Below, piece by piece: positions 40,481 through 54,935 of a stretch of 64,000 nt of DNA. This stretch comes from Octopus vulgaris (lineage: Eukaryota): positions 37,572,001 through 37,636,000 of the forward strand of contig OX597825.1 in NCBI GenBank assembly GCA_951406725.2, written 5' to 3'. The position numbers were made by a program, and so were the translations under genes. A model generated the notes under the pieces. The model was not told where the DNA came from and did no database searches. It was given only the letters and a program-made list of their open reading frames with translations. How positions within the stretch are numbered: position 1 is the first letter of the stretch; each line of letters opens with the position of its first letter.

Positions 40481-40628
40481 TATTCAAAATATTCAACGTA
40501 AACACGAAGTTTCAACCTTTATAAACAAGGAGTTACAACATCTTTACTTGTGAGATTTTTGCTGCCCTGGTAACTATTTATTTATTTTTCCGTGTTAATT
40601 GTTAACAAGGTAAAAATACACTCATCTA

Positions 40629-40697
<69 letters not shown>

Positions 40698-40893
40698 GGT
40701 TTTACAAATTTACTTTTCCCGTTTTCCGGTGATTTTTATACTTATATTTTCCACCAGCTACCCCTACAATTCGCCTCCACCGCCGCTGCCGTAACCGACA
40801 CCACCATAATCTACATCAAACTACACTCACCCCCACCACCATCACCATCATCCCATCCTTTATAATTTATCTATCTATCTATCTATCTATCTA

Positions 40894-40934
<41 letters not shown>

Positions 40935-42589
40935 ATTTTATGAATACATATAGCCATAGTCAAGCTGATTTTTTATTTTAAATTTAACTTTCGAATGGGT
41001 TCATATGATTTCATTTTCTGTCAATTTTATCCCGAATAACCTATGTGCATAAGTATATGCAGATATAAATTCATATGTATATACTTATACATAGCTATAT
41101 TAATCTGTATTTGTATGCACACAAACGCACATACGCGCTAACACACACAAGCATATACGCACACATGCAAGAATACATACACACACATACATATCTAAGT
41201 GTAATTGTGTTTCTGTGTGCATACTTAGTATATCCAGTCTGAATCCCCTTACACTCTCAGTAGTGCCTCAATATCTACGCCCTTGTGTTAAATACAAAAG
41301 TATTTCGTCTCTTCAGCCATAATTTGTGTTATCTACAATCACTGTGCCTCTATTTCTGATTTCTCCCCTTTTATCCCACCACGGCAACATGTACTCATAA
41401 AACATTGTTGCTTTCGTACTACTTACTTTCAAGTACAATCGGCTCACATCTCTTCTTCTTTCATCATACTGAGTGTGTCAAAAATATATAATTAACAGAG
41501 GAGAAATCGAACCGGTGAATGTGTTAATTAATAAGTTATAAAAACAGAATGGCTCACCCCAGACACAATAAAATATGCTCCAACACACAAATTCACATAA
41601 AGAATCTTGTAAACCATATAAATAAACGAAATATATATATATATTCTTTTACTCGTTTTAGTCAAGCCTCTGCGGTCATTGCTATATAATTTTATGTGTG
41701 AGTGTATATACATATGCATGTATACATATATATGTTTGGATATATATATATATATGTGTGTTTGTGTGTATGTGCATGTATGTGTGTGTGTGTGTGTGTG
41801 TGCGTATATATATATACATATATGCTCCTATATTAGTATATATGTGTGTCAAGTATTATATTCTCGTGTATCTGTGAGTGTGTCTGTGTATAAGAGAGCA
41901 GACGGAGATAGTTAGATGGACAAATAGAGTGAAAACAATACAGCCACTGATACGCAGCCGTACATATTTTTCATGAATTATTTACTTATGTTAGAGAGAA
42001 CGCATCAGATATATCCAAATCTTGCAAACCTGCCAACTAAGTCTATGTACACAGACTATACCACACGCATGCACACATGGACACACACACATACACAACC
42101 CTCACACACACAGATGCACACAGATATATAATTTGAATATATAGCTACAGACATGTATATGAATATGGTGTAATCACACTACGTATTTCTTATGAGAAAT
42201 ACAAGTTATAGGACTATACAAGTATAGAAATATATGCAGAAACATATGTATGAGATACGTAGAGACGAGCATTGAAATGAAACCAGTCAGATAAATAACA
42301 GTGCATATATATATATGCACAAATAAGAGTCTATATACATACACACACACATATATATATACATATATATATATATATTTATATATATATATACCTATCT
42401 GTGTTTACACTCACAAACACACAGACATACGCGGACACACACATACACATTGACGAATATATATAGAAAATCATACTGCAGTACTGCTGCTAATTCTTTT
42501 CTTTTATATTTTCGTATTGATTAATGTCTCCCGCAATCCAACGAGTGTACGAATACACTTCAGATAAGCAAGTATGTCTCTCCTGCCTC

Positions 42590-42603
42590 TTTGTCTTTAT
42601 ATA

Positions 42604-42697
<94 letters not shown>

Positions 42698-42833
42698 TCT
42701 ATATATTTATACATATATATATATATTTATATATGTATATTATGTATATACATATATGTACATATTTATATATATGTATATATATATATATATTTATATA
42801 TGTATATTATGTATATACATATATGTACATATT

Positions 42834-42870
<37 letters not shown>

Positions 42871-43300
42871 ATGTATATAAATACATGTATATAGGCATAT
42901 ATACATACATACTTACATGCGTAAGTAGATAAGATAGTGTAATATGTTTTACGTACACATATACGCACCTATGTACTAGTATATATCTATCTATCTATCT
43001 ATATATATCTATATATCTATCTATCTATCTATACATTCACATATATACCTATATATATACACATATATATATATATATGTATGTATACTTATATATATAT
43101 ATATACATATATACATAGATATACAGATCCGCATACATATATATATATATTTGCATACAGATATGTATATATATATATACATACACACACATAGGTAAAT
43201 ATGTGCATATATATTGATGTAAATATATAAGCATATGTTTATATAACTATGTATATAGTATGCATCATTATATGTACATCCTAGTTCATACATATACCAC
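42590..43300. repeat. Compound (TA)n/(CA)n/(TATC)n microsatellite field
   Basis: Directly visible; similar fields at about 5040-5650, 25615-25960, 30670-30900, 39080-39380, 43680-43790, 52850-53080 and 55520-56000. Confidence 0.95.
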
Positions 43301-43675
43301 TATATGTTGAGGTAGACACGCGCACACACGTACGCATACATACACACGAACATATTCGTAGATATGAATGTAGGCATATGTATGAGTCTATACACATTTT
43401 GATTATATACAACATATAATAAGTACATATGCCAAAATTCGTAAGTAGATAGTTAATTAGATATCACTGCATGGGTTATCAAAACAAAATAAAGTAAACA
43501 ATGAATCCGCGTATGTGTTATTTAACGATTTTCTCATAATGGTGCTTTCAAGACAAAATTTCTAACCTACACATGTGGTACACTGGCTGGCGATGAAGGT
43601 AGACATCATGCATATATGTACATACGTGTGTTTCTATGCCTGTGTGTACACGTATGTGTTGGAATATATGTATAA

Positions 43676-43743
<68 letters not shown>

Positions 43744-44257
43744 ATATATATATATATATATATATACATACATACATTTATACATATCTATACATACATG
43801 TATGTACGCATTTGTGCAGAAACACACGTTTACCCTTATATACAAATGCGTATGCTTAAATTGACTTAAGATACATAAATGTCTGAATGTCTATTTTAAC
43901 GTGTGTGTCTGATATATCGACTGAACATCAGACGATATTATTTGCTCTTATGGATATATATTTTCTCGTGAGAATCACATCAAAGTTCAAGTGAGAAGAG
44001 ATATTGCGCCGCTAAACGGGCTCCACACATGTGTATTATGAGTTACGATAGCCTTAAATCTGTATAAGTTGTATATACATACAACGCCAATAACGTAATG
44101 AGTAACTTAATATCCTACAACAGACAATATATAGTTTTTGAAAATCTGTCACCTGTTTTCCCATTTTGAATTAATTATTTACCTACATAATTGTAGGCTT
44201 TTGACTGTATTTGTAGAAAACTAGTTAAAATTCAATGCGATAATTAATAAGAATTTT

Positions 44258-46155
44258 TGCAGAATCGTTAGCACGCCTTGTAAAATTCTTTGCAGCCTTT
44301 TGTCTCTCTTCATGTTCTGAATTCAAATTCCACCGAGGTTAACTTTCATCCTTTCTGGGTCAATAAAATAAATTCCAGCTGAACAGTGGCGTCAATGTAA
44401 TTGACTTTTCCCCATCCTCGAAACTGCTGGCTTTGTGCCAAAATTTCAAATCAATATTTAGTCAGTGAAGACGGTGAATTGAGAGAATCGTTCTCACGTC
44501 CCTTATCCAAAGTTACTCGCCTTGAAATCGAAATATAGTCAGTGCTGCTTACGGAGAAAGTTCAAATTACGCCAGCTTTTTCTTAGATTCCGAACATTGT
44601 ATGTTTGATGAAATACATACAGTCAAGGGGCTGAGTGTATTTTATTCACCAAATATATCAAACCAAATTTTAGTACTTCCTATGGTTGGTATTTTATATT
44701 TAAAGGACAGAGTGGGCATGAACCTGCAGAAGCTAGGCACAAGACGTAGCTGTTAATTTTGTTAACATCTGGGTCTGAAAAAGTGGCGAGCTGTCCATTA
44801 TTGTAGCTATTGTTGTTGTTGTAGTTGTCCTGAGTTCAAATTCTGCCAAAGTCGACATTGTCTTCTATTCTTTCGGGGTGGATAAAATAAGGTTTGGGGT
44901 AGATGCAATCCCACTGTAGCAAGCTGACTCCAATGGAGCAAGATGGCAAAATTGTTACCGAGCCGGGAAAATGCTTACTGGCATTTTGTCCGTCTTTGTG
45001 TCCTGAGTTCAAATGCCTCCGTGGACGATTTCGATTTTCCTGTTCATCATCCGAAGGTCAATAAAATAAGTACCAGTCGAGCACCGTAATCGACTTACCC
45101 CGTCCTGCCAAATTGCTGGCCTTGCATCGAAATTTGAAATCAATAATATATTCAGTGCCAAGGTGGAGAAATGGCAGAGTCGTTTCTTCCGTCTTTACGT
45201 TCGGAGTTCAAATTCCGTCGTGATTGACTTTTTTTTCATCCTTTCGGTGTCGATAAAAGAAGTACAAATTGAGCACTAGAGTCAAAGAAATCAATTTACC
45301 ACCTCCCTCAAAATTTCTGAACTTGTTAAAGATCTTCAGTACTGGGCAAAATGATTAGCGACGTTTTTTTCTGGCTATGTTCTGAGTTCAAACACCGCCG
45401 TGGTCAAATTTATCTTTCTCTCCTTCCCGAAAATTGCGTCCCTTGGCCCAAAATTTGAAACTAGTGTTTACTTAAATCTCTTTACGTACTGATTTCAAAT
45501 TCTGCCTGGTTGTTCATTGCCTCTTATTATTCTGTATTCGGTATAATAAATCAATAGTCACGGGTTCTTTTATACACATATATTGGAAGCAAACAAATTA
45601 GCCGTAAATCCTGGGTGGCATTACATATTCACACGACAGAACATGGAAAAATCTCCAGAAACCCGATCAAAAACGTAGCAGTTATTTTAGCCTTCCATTA
45701 TTCGAGAAGGAAGGACAAGGTGGTGAGTTTGCAGAATCATTGCCATACCACGACGGACAAAATGCTTAGCGGCATTTTATCTGTCTTCCCATTCTGTGTT
45801 CAAATTCTTCCGAGGTCAACATTGCCATAAAATAAGTACCAGTTGAGTACTGGGTTCAACGTAATCGACGTGCCCCCTTCCTCTCGATTGCTGGCAATAT
45901 GCTAAAATTTGAAATCATTATTTAGTGTGGGAGATCAATTTAGGCGGTGGGCAGGCAGAATCAGTAGCACACTATACACAATGCTTACCGTTTTCTGTTC
46001 TGGCTTTATGTTGTGAGTCCAAATACCGTCGAACTCGACTTTGACTTTCATTCCTTCAGATTCAATAAAATGAGTATCAGCTGGATACTGGGGTCGATGT
46101 AACAGACTAACTCCCAACCCACAGAATTTCAGCTCTTGTGCCTATGGTAGAAAGA
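44258..46155 (+). mobile_element. Cluster of about 7-8 co-oriented, old tRNA-SINE copies and fragments
   Basis: Repeated gttctgagttcaaatt...gtcga/aact...tcatcctt...gtcaataaaataagtaccag units at about 44258, 44830, 44940, 45170, 45345, 45485, 45720 and 45940. Confidence 0.85.
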
Positions 46156-46436
46156 TTCTTTAGTGGTGACAATAAAATTAAGAGATTTTAAAAGTAAGAA
46201 TATCAGCGATTAGAACATCTGAAAAAAATAAAATGTTCTAAACATATAATCTTTCAATTATGTTCAAATCTTTAAATTGAAGATGGAATTTCATCATTCC
46301 ATTGTCAAATTAAATAAATAACAGCAGAACCTTATAACATCACTACGAACGTCACTAACCATTAACCAAATTCATTATCTAGAATGCCTTATTTATGGCA
46401 AACATTTCATTCTATTTCACAACCCTCTTAATAATG

Positions 46437-46650
46437 CCTTCTAATTTAAGTACAAAGCTAGCACTCTTAAGAACAGGGGATTAATCGATACAATCGATTC
46501 CGGTACTTGATGATTACTTTCCTTTTAATCGGACTGGATAGGATGAAAGGCAGCGTTAACCTCGGGAGGTTTGGCCTCAGAATGTAAAGAATTGGAAAAA
46601 AACCGCAGATCCTCTTTTTTTTCCGACGCTCTAATGATTCTACCCGATCA
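46437..46650 (-). mobile_element. Degenerate tRNA-SINE
   Basis: ggatgaaaggcagcgttaacctcgggaggtttggcctcagaatgtaaag. Confidence 0.65.
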
Positions 46651-47139
46651 GTGCATTAAAGCACATAATAATTGAAATTATATTGACATTATCTGCGTTG
46701 GAAGTTGAAGACCGTAATAATTTGTGATAAAATCTCAATAAAGTGTGATGCACACTAATTTTGTCCCTCTTTTCCATTCTACGAATGGATTATAGGAAGG
46801 ACGATTGAGCTGTAACAGTCCAATGTAAGGCGACTATACAGGCGTAGTGTTTGGTCGTATCTCTTGCTACACTATCACATCTTGTTTGATTCTGTGTACC
46901 TATTCATATAATACAATACATACACACGTACACACTCATACATATATCAGTTTTTCGTTGGTGTGTGTTGGTCCGCGTAGAATAAAAGTATTGTAGGTTT
47001 AGAACGGAAAGTGCTAATTTTGTACTGCTCACTCGGCAAACAGTTGCTTAAGATGATCCATAGTATGCTCAAATCATAGACACCGGAATAGGTCCGCCAA
47101 CTTCGCATTATATTTGAACCATATAAAACTTAGCTGTTT

Positions 47140-47415
47140 AGATGTAATCGACTTACCCCCTCCTCTCAAATGTCAGCGATTGTGTCTATAGTAGAAATGA
47201 TTATTATTATCATTATTATTATTGGAAGTAGTAGTAGTAGAAGGTGAGGAGTTGGTAGAATCATTAGCACGGTGGACAAAATGCTTAGCGTCATTTCGTA
47301 CAGCTTTACACACCGAGAAAGGGTGATAAAATAAGATGGGATTGATAAAATAAGTACCACTGAATGTACCTGGGTCTATGATATTAGCTAGCCCCTCCAC
47401 CCACATTTTAGGTCT
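47140..47415 (+). mobile_element. Two tRNA-SINE fragments separated by an (ATT)/(AGT) tract
   Basis: gatgtaatcgacttaccccc...tagtagaaa, then ttggtagaatcattagcacggtggacaaaatgcttagcg...gataaaataagtacc. Confidence 0.7.
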
Positions 47416-47439
47416 ATGGTTAGTTAGCGTCGAGCTCAC

Positions 47440-47950
47440 AATTTCTATCCTATGATGACCGTGTTTGGATTTTGCTTTGTGTTTATACGAGCAGCCTCAA
47501 GAGACTGCAGGTTATAAGTTAAGGTGGTTATTATGAGTAGGATGGTTGATAACTGCCATGATTTGGGGAAGGAATGGGGTTAGGTGAGACAGATTTGTGT
47601 TTAAATTGAGCACCTTCGGTTTGTTAGAAGTATTATTTTAGCAAACGTGCTTTTGATATGTAAGGAAAATTGTGATGGATTTATATAGAGAATATTTTTC
47701 GTCGAGTATGGGCAAGCCCTATGTTGTGGCGAGAGTTATTATCACCTCTGTGGGGTTGGAAGAAACTTTAATCCGCCAGTACTTTTGCTCGGTGGATGTG
47801 GCGAGTATGGCGCGTGTCAATGGGTCTACTCTGAACATACGCGTGTAAGCCAGAACACTCGAGAAGGAGTGAGGCACCTGCCGAGGTGCTTTTTGCGATC
47901 GGGGTGACCACGTTGTGTAGGGTTCCTTTGTTGTTCCTTTGTGGGAAATG
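47440..47950 (-). mobile_element. Possible LINE ORF1-like remnant
   Basis: GC-richer, strand-skewed island; the minus frame reads FRVDPLTRAILATSTEQKYWRIKVSSNPTEVIITLATT*GLPILDEK, protein-like but with no diagnostic motif. Confidence 0.25.
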
Positions 47951-48294
47951 TTTGTTAAAACTTTGTTGTTAATTGTTCTTGTTTTATTTTATACACATAT
48001 TTGTTGCTAAGCCCCGCTTGTCCCGGGTAGTACGTTGTGTTCTACAGCAAAACATTTCATCACATGTTGCTCTGCGATCAGTTCAACACATGATGCGTGG
48101 TTCACCGTCCATCTTTTCGGGCAACCTCGATTTGATGGAGGGAAGGAAATAATGTACAGCACATACATTTGATTACTATAAACAAATCATTTGTTCACGT
48201 CGTTCAACAAAAGCTGAACACTCATCCGTCATCTTGGACAAGAGAGTCAATCATTACTATTATTGCTATTGTTGTTGTTACTGTCGTCGTTGTT

Positions 48295-48440
48295 GTTCTG
48301 AGTTCAAATCCTGATAAGGTCGAATTTGCCTTTCATCCTTTCGTGGTCGAAATAATAAGTAAGAGTCGAACACTGGGGTTGATGAAATCGACTTAGACCC
48401 TTTCCCTAAATTGATGCCTTTGTTCCCAACTTTGAAACCG
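48295..48440 (+). mobile_element. 5'-truncated tRNA-SINE
   Basis: gttctgagttcaaatcctgataaggtcgaatttgcctttcatcctttcgtggtcg...ctttgaaaccg. Confidence 0.8.
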
Positions 48441-49696
48441 TTATGATTATTATTTTACCACTTTGACTGCATTATCTAATCTGACTGGCATTACGGCAGC
48501 AGGTATGCTTCAAGGGAGATTTGCTTACTCTTTCTAGTAGCACGCGCGCTTTCATTATGTACCAGTAATAATATATAAGCGATTGCACTGACTCTACATT
48601 AAATATTATTGTCTTTTTGCCGATGTCAAAAATCAATACCTAAAAATGTATTCAATCTGCAATTTTACCATTGAAATATTGTTTTCAATCAGCTGGGAAT
48701 GACGATTGTCAAAGCTACTTTTCAATTGATTTAAATGCTTTATTTTGCACAGAAATATTTTACAGCCTGCTTCTTAATTGTTTCGTTCATATGAATTACA
48801 ATAGAATTAAGATCAATAAAGCAACGCATGCTTCTTTATAAATCTGCTGCAAGTCCATGATACTTTTATTAAGTATTGTAAAATCTTGCATTCAATTACT
48901 ACTTCAGTAACTTTTGGCATTATGTTAATTCTTCGTGGGGGATTTAGATCCTCCTCTTAATTTACATCATCATAGCAATACAATGTGCAGCAATTGCTAT
49001 GTGTGAACAAGAGCGAAGTATTTGTTGTTTCTTTTGTCTTAATGACATTGACATCCTTCTTCGTGATTTAATTTCCTGTATGTTGAGTTTCAGTAGTTGG
49101 TATTTTGGCATCACTTGTTCAAACCCTAATAATGCACATGACGAGAATACTCTAATGCTCTCCTATAAGTTCTCGTCAAAATTTGAATAGCAAATTGCTA
49201 CGAGAAATACTGTTTAAATTCTTCCGAGGGAAGACACGATCTCGGCAAAAATATTCTGCTACATGGTTTTATGGTCAGTTTGTAATAAGAATAAAACAAG
49301 GCTGAAGAAGAGGACGACAAGATTTCTCCTAAATATGATCATCTGTTTTTGTTCCAAACATAGCACATTTAGAATCGTCATCCCCTGACACGGTACATCA
49401 TGATTTGGATGTTATTTCACTGTTATATTTTGCAAGTGAATCAAGCATGCAGTAGAATCTTTTTATCTGCTACATCACTTCAATTTGCCGTCCAATTCTT
49501 TTTCAACCATAAAATCTAATAGGTCACAACATACTTGTTAATCACATATTATGATATAAGAATTTCGGATTATTCCAGGGAAATTAATATTGATCAAATA
49601 ACTCAGCTAATAAATTTCTTTCCCTTTCTAAAATCTCAACTACAATAGATTACAAAATCACGTTCTTTTCTAGTTCTTTTATAGAGACCATTGTGA

Positions 49697-50020
49697 AGAT
49701 GTGTGACTTAGTGGTTAGGGTATTCGGCTCAGGATCGACGGACACGATTTTGAAATCCGGCAGCGCGTAGTGGCTTTGAGCAAGACACTTTATTTTACGT
49801 TAATCCGGTTCACTCAGCTGACAAAAATAAGTAGAACCTGTAATCCAAAGGACCAGCATTGTCACATTCTGTGTCAGGCTGAATCGCCCTAAGAAATATG
49901 TTAAGGGTGGACTGTCTGAGAAGGGTGGACTGTCTGAGAAGGGTGGACTTGCACGTTAATTTCACGAGCAGGTTGTTCCGTTGATTGGATCGAATTGAAC
50001 TCTCGTCGAATTAACCGAAT
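49697..50020 (+). mobile_element. tRNA-derived CORE-type SINE with an internal 18-bp tandem repeat
   Basis: Head gtgacttagtggttagggtattcggctc, CORE-like ctttgagcaagacacttta, and (aagggtggactgtctgag) x2.6 at about 49903-49949. Confidence 0.75.
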
Positions 50021-50029
50021 TATCCGTAT

Positions 50030-50075
<46 letters not shown>

Positions 50076-50784
50076 CCGAAATGGAGTATTTATCAACAAC
50101 ATCTACAATATATTAAAATAATACTGAGCATGAGCAAAAAGATTCGATGTTGTTCAAGGAATAAGATTTACGTGTATTAATGCACAATGTTACACAAATT
50201 AACATGAGTACATAAGGCATTGTAAGACGATGGTGACATATGTGGAAACTCATGGGCGAGGTTAGAAAACATACATGAAGTTGATTGGGGAATAGGGAAA
50301 AGATAAAATGCATAACCTAGGCATATAAGAGAAAACTGAAATAAAAACGAGGGAAATATCTGAATAACTTATACCAATTAGCTGAAAGACTATAATAGTC
50401 ATAATATATATGTGTGTGTATGCATGTGTGTGCGTGTTTGTGTGTCTGTGCATGTGTATGTGCACGTACGTGCGTATGTGTGTGAGTCTGTGTGTGTGCG
50501 GGTCGGTCTGCGTATGTATATCTGTATGTGTGTATATACATATATTGGATTTTACAGAAGGCTTGCACAAGTTCATATATGTTTAATTAATTGTCATAGG
50601 TCGTTCGAATTGCACATATTGATAGAATAAGACTTCTATATAAACGTACTTCTTAGCATAGATACCATTATAAAGAATGTGTCTAATGTAACGTTGCATC
50701 GAACTTCAGTCAGATTTCCACAACCCCCTCCTCCTAATCGAGTGCTAGCTGCTGCTGTGTGCCTTTTGTACACACATTTCGGTA

Positions 50785-51060
50785 GCGATGTAATGCGACC
50801 AGAGTCCAGCTGTGCAGCAGCCTTGCGAATTGTGATCAATCTGTTATCGGGAATCATTTGCCTCACTCGCTGGCGATTCGTGTCACATATGGCAATCGAT
50901 AGTAGCCCAGCGTGTAGTTTCTCTTCAGAATTGGCTTCCTCTGTCGTTAACAGTATTATTTCTGTACATCTGCAGATGTTTCACAGACTTAACTCTTCCT
51001 TAGTCAAGAAATCATTGATGGCACTTTGTTTCTGTTTGGATGAAACTATTCGCTTAAAAC
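50785..51060 (-). mobile_element. Mariner-family transposase N-terminal (HTH) remnant
   Basis: Minus strand SKQKQSAINDFLTKEELS...EEKLHAGLLSIAICDTNRQRVRQMIPDNRLITIRKAAAQLDSG, matching mariner 'KQRAVIEFL..E' and 'D..RSGRP...N..V..MI..NRRITIR.IA..L..S'. Confidence 0.65.
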
Positions 51061-51745
51061 AAAGAACATTTACATGAAGAGAGTTCATGTAGAGAAATAT
51101 TCACTCTACAAACAATGATTGACTCTAAAAGAAATATTGATTCTACTATCCGAGCGACCCCTGTTAGCCATTGAAAAAATTATGTTCAGAATGTCCACGC
51201 TTGCATTACTTTCGGCGAAACCTTCCAATATATCACCTGTAGCTACGTATCAAATCAAAAGAATGTCTAAACATGTCATGCAGTGAAAGTGTTAAAGAAA
51301 GCAAAGGAAAGCAGAGTCATATGACAAGTAACATTTATCAAGCAAAAAGAAAGCTAATCTCCAGAAAATAGTCAGTTACAAAATCTATTGGAAACAAAAC
51401 CATTGTGATAAATGTCACTGCTCGAGTGGTAATTCTTGAATTAAAATCTTCTGTAATATTTCCCTCTGACCTATGAACATTTTATTGTTTGCTGAGAATC
51501 ATAACAGTAGTCACTTTATTGTGACATTCATACGTTTTTAATACTAAAGCATTGACTTTTTTAATATGATTCGACTGCAAGGTCTATCATTGGATTCATG
51601 CCATTGTTGGTTTATATTCACAGAATACTGACTAACACTCATTTAGAGGTAGTATGGCATGGATTTGATAGTTATTTATATTCCGTCCTAACAACCGAAT
51701 TACATTACTAACGTGTAGTTAATTCAGACAATGTGATTTATCATG

Positions 51746-51826
<81 letters not shown>

Positions 51827-52212
51827 TAAATAGATATATGTATGTATAAATTGATACGTTTTATTATGATGCATCTTTTATAAGTGTTTATGGTGATAAG
51901 TTTTCCCAATGATTCAATAACCGCTTCACAGTATTTCTATTGGCCAAAGGATTAGTGATTGACGATGCGCTTCGACAAATATGGCCCACAAAATATTTCG
52001 CTTCATGTATTATATTTATTGATTGTTCTTGTATTGGACTATATACAGACATTACTATACACATGCATCTATATCGAGATAGAGATTTCACTATCTGGCA
52101 TACCTAAAATTTATTTGCAGGTAGTTTATAGCTAAATACTGTCTGACTATGCAATGTATCTATGCATGCTGTATGTGTGTATGAATGTATGTTCGTATGC
52201 ATAATTTTATTG

Positions 52213-52358
<146 letters not shown>

Positions 52359-52919
52359 TAAGACACAGGCATACACACACATACATGAACTAATAGATAT
52401 GTGTGCATACACTGTTGTTTTTGTTCCAGTTTCATCGAACAAGAATCTTCGAGTTGTTGCTCGACGTACTTCCGTACAGTTGCATCTATCATATTTCACG
52501 TGACTGAGAAATGAATTTTTGAAGGCACAGCAAAATCGCACGTCACAGATATGACTACAGAAGTACTATATTACATTAGGCATTCCATGTGAAATCCCTT
52601 TACACTATTTAATGCTTTGTTGCAAAATCTTGCCTGACAATTCGGCGTTTCTAAGCAATTAATTACAGAAGATCTACTTTTATAATATTTGAGACGATAT
52701 TTGTTTAAAATAGGATTTCTGGGGCCTGCAAAAATCTCTCATGAGATTTTAAAAACATTAATTATTTCAGAGCACGAGTTAAATATATACACACAGCCAT
52801 ACAAATATTATATGTGGGTGTGTGCGTGCGTGCGTGAACACAAACACACATATATATATCTTTATATATACACATATGTTTATATATAAAGATATATACG
52901 TATGTATGTCTTTCTCTCC

Positions 52920-52965
<46 letters not shown>

Positions 52966-53029
52966 ATGTATATATATATATATACACACATATATATATA
53001 TACATACATTCATATATATATATATTATG

Positions 53030-53081
<52 letters not shown>

Positions 53082-54269
53082 CAGACAAAAAGAAAATGAG
53101 AGAAAGCGATAATGAAAGTAGAACAAAGTGTTGTTTACGTTATTGTAGTCATGTGGAGTTTTCATATTCCAATAATTATAACGGATAGTTATAATTATTA
53201 TGAAAATGATTTTGGAGTGACACCTCAGGCGTATAACTTACCAAATGTATTGCTGTTTGGTAGCTAAACATCACTATCACGTTGAATCTAAGTACATCTT
53301 GGCTTTTGATACTATGTTTGTCCATTGTTATAGAATTCAATTCCTCTTACGTATATAGACTATAGTACTTAATACAAGCGACAGAAACATGGTGATTAAA
53401 ACTTGTGCTTTAGCTTCGTAAATGATATATGTCAGGCATAAGTCCTCAGTCTCGACAACGTAACTTGAAATTCTATAGGAAACGATAAAACAGCGGTAGA
53501 AATAATCCTAGAATGCGGAATACATACAAGAATTATTGCTAAAGCAGATGAAGCTATCAGTCAAAGCCATCACAAAATCCTTGTAGTCGCACTTCTTTAG
53601 CCTCACGTAAAGCCTGTGAAGCAGACATAAAAAAAAACTTCTCCGACCTAATCATCCCATATTTCTAATGAGTATATAGGACTAAATTGCTCAATGTGCA
53701 ACGGTGGCTTTCTTTATTTAGCAGGGAAGGATGAAATTCATGAATGAATTAGCTAGTATTTCGCCCTGTGATACGTTGAGGCTCCCACATTCGCTTCGCT
53801 ATTGATTTTATCATTGTTGTATATGTCGAGGTACACTTCGACTGAGCAAACCTGTGTTCAGAGTTATTCCAGAACTAACTATTTCACCGTTCTCTTGTTA
53901 ATAGTGTAAGCTTCCGTCATCCATCATGGCTCACCAATTTCTAGACTACAGTGTGTAATTTGACGGATACATAGCTGTTACTGAAATGCCATGTACCAGC
54001 CCATTAGTTCACTCGTCAGTTTGTTCGAAATTAAAAATCAATTAAACTGGGTTAGCAATTTAATATTTTATCCACTTGAAAATTAATTACATCCTGAAAC
54101 TTGGCACTGGAGTAAACTTAATCAACACATATTAGCATTCTATATGTAGGCTATCATAGTTTCCTATCTAGGTACAAGTAACTGGGTGCTAATCGGACAG
54201 TCAGCAGAATAATGAAGAATGAGCTGCATTTGCTGATGTTCGTCTTCACAATTGTGGCTTATTAGCTAA

Positions 54270-54480
54270 GTACTCTTTTTATATTCTAGGCACAAGGCCC
54301 GAAATTTTGGGGGACGGAGCCAGTCGATCAGATCGACCCCAGTACGCAACTGGCACTTAATTTATCGATCCCGAAAGACAAAGTCAACTCGGCGGAACTT
54401 GAACACGGAACGTAGAGAGAGACGACAAACCGCTAAGCAGTTCGCCTGGCGTGCTAAAGTTTCTGCCAGCGCGTCGCCTT
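54270..54480 (-). mobile_element. Full-length tRNA-SINE type A with 11-bp TSD, about 250 bp downstream of the Ig exon
   Basis: TSD ttattagctaa at 54259-54269 and 54481-54491; standard head, core and tail. Confidence 0.9.
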
Positions 54481-54730
54481 TTATTAGCTAAATCCTAAAC
54501 ATTTCATTATATTAAATGATTGTTGATAGTTTACATATTAGTGCTGGGTGCTTATATTGAAATTTCGCTGTTGGAGACAAGCCATAAGAAAATTTACTTT
54601 TGATTAGGATCAGAATCTATAAGAGGCGTTATATTTACAATCAGTGGCTGGAGAGTATCCTATGTATTTATTCGTTCCAAGCATATGACTTCGGAAAGTA
54701 GAAAATAAGAATGAAAACCGGAGGACTTAC

Positions 54731-54935
54731 CTACAACTCGTAACATGATATGTCGTATTAGCTGATGGACAGAAGAGACTTGACATTCGTACACACCGGC
54801 ATGCCGTGGTTGCACATTTTTTATGATTAGGTTCCAGTTAGTTGCCTGATGACTGACCCCTATATACGGATCATCAGCGAATTTTTCTCTCCCGACGGTT
54901 AGAGGGTTCGGGTCACTCGCCTTCCGCCACACAAC
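54731..54935 (-). CDS. Internal coding exon of an immunoglobulin-superfamily cell-surface protein (V-type Ig domain, C strand to G strand; dpr/zig-8/IgLON-like)
   Basis: Acceptor ctctgtgtattacAG|GTTGTGTGG, donor GTAG|GTAAGT; 205 nt, phase 0 in and phase 1 out. VVWRKASDPNPLTVGREKFADDPYIGVSHQATNWNLIIKNVQPRHAGVYECQVSSVHQLIRHIMLRVV contains the Ig Trp, W.L.I..V...(D/H)AG.YECQVS and the dpr-like LTVG...F..D. Confidence 0.92.

Noticed and set aside
42490-43869. Many [12 protein letters not shown] ORFs here and across the window
   Set aside because: Artefacts of (TA)n and (CA)n repeats.
44258-46155. CRISPR-like repeat-spacer array
   Set aside because: Units are long, diverged SINE copies with irregular spacing in a eukaryotic context, with no cas genes.
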